Assembly (NCBI GenBank): GCA_043732485.1
Contig: JAYTHP010000116.1
Coordinates: forward strand, 1-32,782
DNA from: Oligoflexia bacterium
GTDB taxonomy: Bacteria; Bdellovibrionota; UBA1018
Direction: 5' to 3'
Length of the DNA: 32,782 bases
A model generated the notes under the pieces. It was not told the DNA's origin. It did no database searches and saw only the letters and a list, made by a program, of their open reading frames with translations. The position numbers were made by a program, and so were the translations under genes. Positions 26,306 to 32,782 of this stretch are shown piece by piece. Numbering within the stretch: position 1 is the first letter of the stretch; the number at the start of each line of letters is the position of its first letter.

Positions 26306-28006
26306 ATGAACACTCAATCACACCGACTGCGACTGCAGCAATTAGGGCTTTTCTTCGGGATCAGCTCGTTTTTAGGCGTTACTCCAAGCCACCTCGCCTG
26401 CGCGGACACTCAAGTTTCTGCGGTCCACGCCACTCCCCTGTTTGCCTCGACAAGGACGAACACTTCCTCAACTCACGCCAAAACGCCTCCTCCCAAGCAA
26501 GTCTTACGCGAATTGCGACGCAAGCAAGGCTGGAAGCGTTTACGGCAGTTGAATCTCAAGCCACTGCAAGACGCGCTCGTCACCGCAGCGTTAGGTGGGG
26601 CGCTTTTTGAAGGTTTGAATCCCTACCTACCGCGCTCTCTTCAACGAGCTCAAACCTTTCTCACTAACAACGCTTTTTCGATCCTGTTTGCCAAAGAAGC
26701 GCTCCCCATCCTCTATAAGGAAGTGAGTCCTGCGCTCTGGAAAATGGCAGGCGGCAATTCCTCGCTACAAGACAACGACACCGACACCCGCTTAGCGAGA
26801 ATGGCTGAGTTTGAACTGCTGGAAGAGCAAGTGGAACTGCGCAAAGCAGAATTCTCTGCCACCGAGTGGGAGAAGCTGACCCAGCTTCGCGCGGCCTTCT
26901 TAGCTTACTTACCGGGTTACGACTCCTACTATGACAGCTCAGCGAAGAATGCAGCCAAGCTACTGCTCAGTCAAATGAACACCCTCTTGAAATGGCCCCG
27001 CGAAAACCACCCGGTGGGTGATGTCGAGTCCGTCTTAAAGCAGGTGGAGGAGCATCTTACGACCTATCCTGAGAAGATTAAAACGCAAATCACCCGCATC
27101 GCCGCCACCCTGGCAGCCAGAGCCAATGAAAAAACCGATGGCAAGGCTGAGACCAATAAGCTGCAAAATCGCAAAACCACTCTGCTGTTTAAGGGACCGG
27201 CAGGAACCGGGAAAACCGATACCGCCCGCATGCTAGCGCGCGTCTTAGGCGTGCCTTTTTGCAACATTTCGCTCTCCCGCATCGCGGCAAAAGATTTTGG
27301 AGGCTCAACCCCGTTCCAGTCCGCCACCGATGTCGGGCCTTTTTTAGGCAAGATTGCCCAGTGCTTTTTGGCCCCTGAATCAGGCCAACCGGGACGAAAC
27401 CCCATTATTTTCATGGACGAAGTGCACTATGCCTTAAACAGCAACCAGCCCTCAGCCAAGGCCTTTTTAGAGGTGATGCAAGGCATGCTGGAGCCCAATC
27501 AGGTGATGTTTCATGATGCCGGGCTGGACATGGACTTTGATCTCTCGGCAGCCACCTTTATTTTGAGTAGTAATGAAGACATTCAAAGCGTAGGTGGGGC
27601 GTTTGAGTCCCGCATGATCCCGGTAGAATTCACCGCCATCTCGCCTGAAAAGAAGAAAATCGTGGCCCACCGCATGTTTGCCGAGTTTTGCCGAGACCGT
27701 AGTCTCAAGCCGCAAGCCGAGCATTTTCAAGTGGTCGATGACATCCTCAGACGGGAACAAGAAGCAGGCGTCCGAATCCTTGGCAACCTCCTCGGGGAAT
27801 ACGCTAAGCATCTCGATTTGGTCTCCTCGGGACGCGAAGCAGGCATTTTTGATGTCGCCTACGAAGTCCATCGCTTTTCCTCGCAGGCGGTGAAAAAGAA
27901 AGCAAAAACGGCTGAGGAAATGGAACAGCAAATTCGCATTACGTTGATCTTAAAGCAACTCGAGGCGCTAGAAAAGGAACTGGTAGCCGCAACCGGAGGA
28001 GCTTAG
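26306..28006 (+). CDS. Lon-like AAA+ ATPase without protease domain, signal-peptide-like N-terminus
   Basis: Walker A GPAGTGKT (27194-27217), NPIIFMDE Walker B, DFDLSAATFILSSN sensor 1, FESRM Arg finger, EAGVR sensor 2; the ORF ends shortly after the lid domain. Confidence 0.88.
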   Translation: MNTQSHRLRLQQLGLFFGISSFLGVTPSHLACADTQVSAVHATPLFASTRTNTSSTHAKTPPPKQVLRELRRKQGWKRLRQLNLKPLQDALVTAALGGALFEGLNPYLPRSLQRAQTFLTNNAFSILFAKEALPILYKEVSPALWKMAGGNSSLQDNDTDTRLARMAEFELLEEQVELRKAEFSATEWEKLTQLRAAFLAYLPGYDSYYDSSAKNAAKLLLSQMNTLLKWPRENHPVGDVESVLKQVEEHLTTYPEKIKTQITRIAATLAARANEKTDGKAETNKLQNRKTTLLFKGPAGTGKTDTARMLARVLGVPFCNISLSRIAAKDFGGSTPFQSATDVGPFLGKIAQCFLAPESGQPGRNPIIFMDEVHYALNSNQPSAKAFLEVMQGMLEPNQVMFHDAGLDMDFDLSAATFILSSNEDIQSVGGAFESRMIPVEFTAISPEKKKIVAHRMFAEFCRDRSLKPQAEHFQVVDDILRREQEAGVRILGNLLGEYAKHLDLVSSGREAGIFDVAYEVHRFSSQAVKKKAKTAEEMEQQIRITLILKQLEALEKELVAATGGA

Positions 28007-28204
28007 TCAGGAGGGGTCGTTGGCAGTCTTGGTGGTGGTGACAGAGATCCTCAGCAGCGCCTGAAGGCGCAAGCGTCTTGCCCTCACCACGCACTCAGCC
28101 AATCAAGGACCAGCAGCTCAAGCAAACTTAGACCTCCTTAAACCTCTGGGAAACTCCCACAAACGGACTGTGCAAGTCGTTGCAAAGAGTGATGATGAAA
28201 GGAA

Positions 28205-30964
28205 ATGAATACCATGCAACCCCAATTATCCGCCACCGGCGACCACACCACCCTGACTCAAGCAGCAGACACACTTCAAGGTGGCACCTCACGTTCACCG
28301 TATCAAAAGCCCAGCAAGCTGATCGAGCTAACACTCCAAGCCCTGGAAGTTGTCCTTGAAGCGATCATGGGGCGCAGCTTGTTCTTGTGGGCCCTCCTGC
28401 TCTTGCCTCTAGCAACGCTTGAGCACGTGGCGGCGCACGACGCTTCAAGTCCTCCTACCTCCAGTGAAACGCACTCAGCTCAAGTGACTGCGGCAACCGA
28501 GAAAGCTCAGGCACAAAAGCAGGCCAAAGAGACCAAAAACGCCAAAGAGCTTGCCAAGTTCACACAGCAGGAAAAAAAGCTTACTCAGAAAACGCGACGT
28601 CAGCTGCGCTGGTCCCAAGGGCTGAGACGTTTAGGCTTTGTGGACAGTGCCTGGCTCGGAGCCCTCGGGCGCGGCTTTGTCGACGCCAAACTCTATATCA
28701 CGGTAGGCAGAATGCGCGGAGGAGCCGCTTCAAGCAGTGGGCAAGGTCCCTTAGGGACCGTGCACAACGCGCTGTCTGGCGCAGGCTTTAACCGCCTCGC
28801 GCGCAAGCTTCGCTCCTACGGTTCCTTCTCCTTCCCCGAAACCCTGCAGTATTTGCGAAGCAAAGGGCAAAATCCGCAACTCGCCAATTTTCTTGAAGCA
28901 AGCTTCAACTTACAGCAATCCCCCGAACTGAACCTAGAGCAGCTCGTGCAACGCACGCTTGCCTGGAATACGCCCTATTTCTTGCGCGTCATCGATACGG
29001 TGCTTGCCCAGCATGCCACCTGGAGCACCTCCTATTTCTTAGCCACCTTGGATCCTGAACTTTCCTCGCTCCCCCCTCCCCTATCAGAGTCGCAGGCTTT
29101 GCCAGGCCAGCAGCAGCAGCCTGCCCAGTTGCAAAAACCCCTTTCAGAAATCCTCGCGCAACTCACCGAGCTTCTCACCCCCTTAAACCAAAGTCTTTTT
29201 TCCGAGCAACGCCACTCCGTACAACGGCTCTTAAGCTTTCTTAACACCGCTCAAGCCTGGTACGACTCCGAACATCAAACTATGCTGGCTGGCGCTTTTA
29301 TCCCTGCGCGGATCTTACGTCGCTTTCAAAGACACGCTCCCAATCAGGCTCCTGTCAACGCTGTAACTCTCGCTCAGCTCCTGCAATGGCTGCAACACGA
29401 GCAAGGGTCCGACCAGCTGCAGCAGCTTGCCCTGCATTTTCGTGAGATTCCGGACCCACAACCAACGACTGCCGCCATCCCTGCGACCGACGCTCGCCAG
29501 ACCCAAACCCAAGCCGAAGCCCCTCCGCAAGAAAACCTGGGGCTTGCGCGCTCCAGGCGCAAGTGGGAAGACTACCGACATTACGAAAACGGTTACACTT
29601 TCGTAAAATCCTTTGAAAAGCTGTTTAACGCCGCAGGGCACCTGAGCACGGAAGCAGTCATGGGCGCCTACAAACTTGCAGGCGGAGTCGCTCCTTCAAA
29701 CAACGACCTGGGTGCCGGGCTGCTCAGTTCCCAGCAAATCGCCATCGCTGAATTCGAAGCGCTCGATGAGACCCTGGTGCGTGACAACGCGCAGTTTACC
29801 CCCCGACAGTGGGAAAAACTCAGTGCCTTAAAACGTGAGATTCAAGGCGATCTTTTTCAAGACCCCCGCAATCGCGCCGCCAAAGAGCATCTCGCTCAGA
29901 GCATGGAACACTTGCGAGCCATCATGCAATTGCCTCGGACCTACAAAAACCTCCCGCCTGAGGAGCTGATGTTTACCCACTTTGAGAACAAGACCAGCAC
30001 CTATGAGCCTTTGGTGCGCGACTCCTTAAGACGTGTGCTCTCGGACATGATCCAGCGCACCCAGCTTGAGAAAAGCTCGCCCTGGATCAGTCGAGCCTTT
30101 CTCTTGCAAGGCCCAGCAGGGACGGGTAAAACCGCCTCGGTTGAGCTTTTGGCCGAGATCCTCGACTTACCGCTTTGTAAAATCTCCCTCACCGGGGAGA
30201 CTTTAACCCAATTTGCCGGCTCTGCTGCCACCAGAGACATCGGTACGCTGGCGCGTTGCTTTATCCATCCCTCGCAAGGGGGGAAGCCGACCTTAAATCC
30301 GATCATTTTCTTTGACGAAGCCCACTATCTGCTCAACCAAGACAGCGAGGGAGCGAATCGCTTTAAGGCTTTTTTACAAGAGCTGATTGAAGGCAACTCC
30401 AAGTCCTACTTTCTGGAGTCACTCGGGGTGGATTTTAATATCTCAGGGGCTACCTTCATTTTTAATGCCAACGAAAGCATTAAAAGTGCCGCAGGCGCCT
30501 TTGAATCGCGCTTGATCCCGATTGATTTCCCAGCCTTTTCAAAAGCCACCAAAAAAGCCATTGCCTATCAGTCCTTCCTCACTGCCATCCATCAACTGAG
30601 GCTTGAAGAAAAAGTGCGGCCAGAAGACTTTCAGGCGATCGATCAACTAGTGGCCTTAGAAAATGCCCCAGGCGCTCGCAACCTTTTGGTCGTGCTCAAA
30701 GACTGGATCATGACCCTCCACGCTCGCCAGCCTGGAGGGCCCTCCGGACCCTCCACCGATCAGCCGGCGTTTAATTTTGTGGAGGCGCTTGCCAGTCAGT
30801 CTGCCCACACCCGCAAGAAGCAAAAAGCCAAAAAACCGGAAACGGAGTCGGAATTGCTCGCCAAAATTGCCGAACTGAAGCAAAAAGCCCGCGACAGCTT
30901 ACTCACTCCAGAAGCACTACTCCCCCAGCAGCAGCCTGAGCCAGAAAACCGCAACCCCAATTAG
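28205..30964 (+). CDS. Lon-like AAA+ ATPase without protease domain, paralogue with large N-terminal insertion
   Basis: GPAGTGKT (30110-30133), NPIIFFDE, DFNISGATFIFNAN, FESRL and PGARNL. Alternative in-frame ATG 28367 gives the signal peptide MGRSLFLWALLLLPLATLEHVAA. Confidence 0.88.
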   Translation: MNTMQPQLSATGDHTTLTQAADTLQGGTSRSPYQKPSKLIELTLQALEVVLEAIMGRSLFLWALLLLPLATLEHVAAHDASSPPTSSETHSAQVTAATEKAQAQKQAKETKNAKELAKFTQQEKKLTQKTRRQLRWSQGLRRLGFVDSAWLGALGRGFVDAKLYITVGRMRGGAASSSGQGPLGTVHNALSGAGFNRLARKLRSYGSFSFPETLQYLRSKGQNPQLANFLEASFNLQQSPELNLEQLVQRTLAWNTPYFLRVIDTVLAQHATWSTSYFLATLDPELSSLPPPLSESQALPGQQQQPAQLQKPLSEILAQLTELLTPLNQSLFSEQRHSVQRLLSFLNTAQAWYDSEHQTMLAGAFIPARILRRFQRHAPNQAPVNAVTLAQLLQWLQHEQGSDQLQQLALHFREIPDPQPTTAAIPATDARQTQTQAEAPPQENLGLARSRRKWEDYRHYENGYTFVKSFEKLFNAAGHLSTEAVMGAYKLAGGVAPSNNDLGAGLLSSQQIAIAEFEALDETLVRDNAQFTPRQWEKLSALKREIQGDLFQDPRNRAAKEHLAQSMEHLRAIMQLPRTYKNLPPEELMFTHFENKTSTYEPLVRDSLRRVLSDMIQRTQLEKSSPWISRAFLLQGPAGTGKTASVELLAEILDLPLCKISLTGETLTQFAGSAATRDIGTLARCFIHPSQGGKPTLNPIIFFDEAHYLLNQDSEGANRFKAFLQELIEGNSKSYFLESLGVDFNISGATFIFNANESIKSAAGAFESRLIPIDFPAFSKATKKAIAYQSFLTAIHQLRLEEKVRPEDFQAIDQLVALENAPGARNLLVVLKDWIMTLHARQPGGPSGPSTDQPAFNFVEALASQSAHTRKKQKAKKPETESELLAKIAELKQKARDSLLTPEALLPQQQPEPENRNPN

Positions 30965-31044
30965 GCGCAAGCCGCCAAGCTCGCTTTCACAAAGCAGCAA
31001 AGAGGGAGCGGCGTGGCAGAGCTGACTCTCCGCCTCACTCGTGC

Positions 31045-31505
31045 TTAATCGGTGCCACCGAGCGTGACCTGATTCAGCTAGTAGGCGCTGGTTCCAGAGG
31101 ATTGTAAGAAGGCTTTGAAGTAAATTTGGCTCAAACTGCCAAAAGACGCAATATTGCTGTTAACCACGGTGGCAGCATTCGCCGTTGCCGTCGTGCCCAC
31201 GCTTGCTGCCCACGCTGAACCGTTCCAATACTGCCAGGGAGCAGTGTTGCTCGTGCCCAAGTTGTAAAGAACGCCACCTGCGCACTCGCCTGAACCTAAG
31301 GTCTGCAAAAACGAGCTTAACGTGCAAAACAGCACGCCTTGGTTGCTAATCAAAGTGGGGGACGAGACGTCATAGTGGTTGGGTCCGAGGGTGACTGCCG
31401 TCAGTTCTGGCGAGCAGGGCAGACCTGCACCTAAGCTGTAAGGTAAGCTGCCCATATAGCCCTGTTTCGGAAAATTCGATTTTCCTTTAGCCTCCTAGCA
31501 GTACC
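31045..31505 (-). pseudogene. C-terminal fragment of a large surface or secreted protein with in-frame stops
   Basis: Protein-like frame (WQYWNGSAW...IYFKAFLQSSGTSAY*LNQVTLGGTD*) with a TAG at 31078-31080 and another TAG just upstream of the 31455 ATG; abuts the IS end. Confidence 0.6.
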
Positions 31506-32295
31506 GTAAGTCCTCTCTGGTCCCCGGGTTTTAATTTTATTTTAAAAACTGCTTGATTCAGGCTTGAGGATTCTATGCAATTTGAGCTGATAGGTGATCA
31601 GAAATTAAAGCGTTTAAAGGAAATGATTGCCGCCATTCCAAGAAATGGGACCAAGAGGCGTCTGGGGCAGACCAGCCCAGAGTTGAGAGCTCAGGTTGTG
31701 GCGGCTTGGCGGGGAAGTAAGAGGGAACAACAAGAATTTTCCACTTTACTGGGTCTCAATTTGTACACGCTGAAGCACTGGGCAAGCGAAGCTATCCTGA
31801 CACAGGGGGTCGACCAAATCCTAAAGCTCAGTCGCGAGTACACCCCCAGTATCCTCCCGCAGAGCAGCTTTGAAAAAGCGCTCAGTTACCTGAATCGCCT
31901 CTGGCCCAAGCTGATCGTGTTTCTTACCCAGCCTGAGGTGCCCTTGCACACCAATATCATCGAGCAATCGATGAGAAATCCTGTGATTGGCCGTAAGAAT
32001 CATTTAGGCTCCCAATCCTTAGAAACCGCTCAAGTCGCCTCCGATTGGTATTCGGTGATTGCTACCTGCCAGCTTCATAACCTGAACCCGCGCAAGTACC
32101 TTGAGCACACCCTGTGGGCTATTATATTACAACAGCTGCTTCAGATGCCTTGGGAATTTAAGTCCGATTAGCCCCTGTCGTCAGTGCCACCCCCGATTTC
32201 CCATAAAAAACAAACCCATCTTGTTCCTCGCTTTCATGCCAGGAGCATAATGCTCTTTTCTAGATCTTGCTACCCGAGCACTGGAGAGGATTTAC
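31506..32295 (+). mobile_element. internally deleted IS66-family element (790 bp)
   Basis: Terminal inverted repeats GTAAGTCCTCTCTGGTCCCCGGGT and (reverse complement) GTAAATCCTCTCCAGTGCTCGGGT, 19/24 identical and starting with the IS66-typical GTAA; encloses a TnpC-like remnant. Confidence 0.85.
31575..32171 (+). pseudogene. fused IS66 TnpA-like HTH N-terminus and TnpC C-terminus
   Basis: SPELRAQVVAAW...LGLNLYTLKHW (HTH-like) joined in frame to KALSYL..W..L..FL..PEVPLHTNIIEQSMR...GRKNHL...YSVIATC.LHNLNP..YL, typical of the IS66 transposase C-terminus; most of the DDE domain is missing. Confidence 0.85.
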
Positions 32296-32632
32296 GGTTA
32301 AGCAAATCACTCAAGGTTCCAACACTTGTGCTACCCGGAGTGGTGAGCTTGACCTGATAGCGCTTAGCCACCATCAACTGGCTGGAAGAATCGCGTAAGG
32401 AGAGCGTGACTTTCAAGGAATCGCCAACCGCAACCGGGCTTTGTGAAACACTCACCAACGAATGCGACAAGGAAGGCGCAACGCCAAGGATCGTCCCCTC
32501 AGGAATAGTCATTTTTTGCTGACATCCTGCAGCAAGCAGCAGTGGCCAACAGACTTGCAGCAAAATCTTTCGACAAGACACAACGAAAAATCGCTCGACT
32601 TCAAAAAAAGCATATCTCTCTTCCTCATTCAA
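32296..32632 (-). pseudogene. N-terminal fragment of a lipoprotein with an Ig/invasin-like domain start, truncated by the IS
   Basis: Lipobox LLLAAG|C; SLVSVSQSPVAVGDSLKVTLSLRDSS resembles a bacterial Ig-like repeat; the frame runs into the IS right end and stops at 32270. Confidence 0.7.
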
Positions 32633-32782
32633 GCTTTAAAGTATTATTTTTTAAAATATTGCTCTCAGCCAGTCCTCATTATGCCAAAAAGGGCCCAAAA
32701 AAAGCGCCAAGGAAGGTTTATTCTTCGCAAAAACCAAACATTCACGAAAATAATGGCAAAAAAATTTTATTTATTAAAATAT

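Noticed and set aside
26306..30964. Calling the AAA+ genes lon or Lon pseudogenes
   Set aside because: No Lon N-domain or Ser-Lys protease domain in frame or downstream; both ORFs are intact and end in similar tails, which argues against decay.
31045..31505. TAG stop-codon reassignment suggested by two in-frame TAGs
   Set aside because: Intact genes here (gamma-CA, RluA, both AAA+ genes) terminate at TAG; pseudogenisation next to an IS is the simpler explanation.

Overview
Bacterial chromosomal segment of moderate-high GC. Gene style suggests Bdellovibrionota/Oligoflexia; this is inference only. Recognisable genes: miaB with an overlapping gamma-carbonic-anhydrase (YrdA-like) gene, tRNA-Ala(GGC), a stand-alone flbD-motA-motB unit and an RluA-family pseudouridine synthase. 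At the right end a 790-bp internally deleted IS66 derivative sits inside a broken surface-lipoprotein gene. Most of the rest encodes exported proteins I cannot assign, arranged as four adjacent paralogue pairs: (1) two Gly/Ser/Asn-rich secreted proteins sharing a C-terminal LF[ED]RVS motif; (2) two translationally coupled Cys-rich lipoproteins; (3) two convergent proteins carrying a PPALPE[RK]PWGPGK repeat; (4) two Lon-type AAA+ ATPases that lack the protease domain but carry signal-peptide-like N-termini, behind a long structured leader. Pair 4 is the best candidate for an undescribed system, possibly ATPase effectors acting in a prey or host cell. No CRISPR, rRNA, phage or reverse transcriptase is visible.
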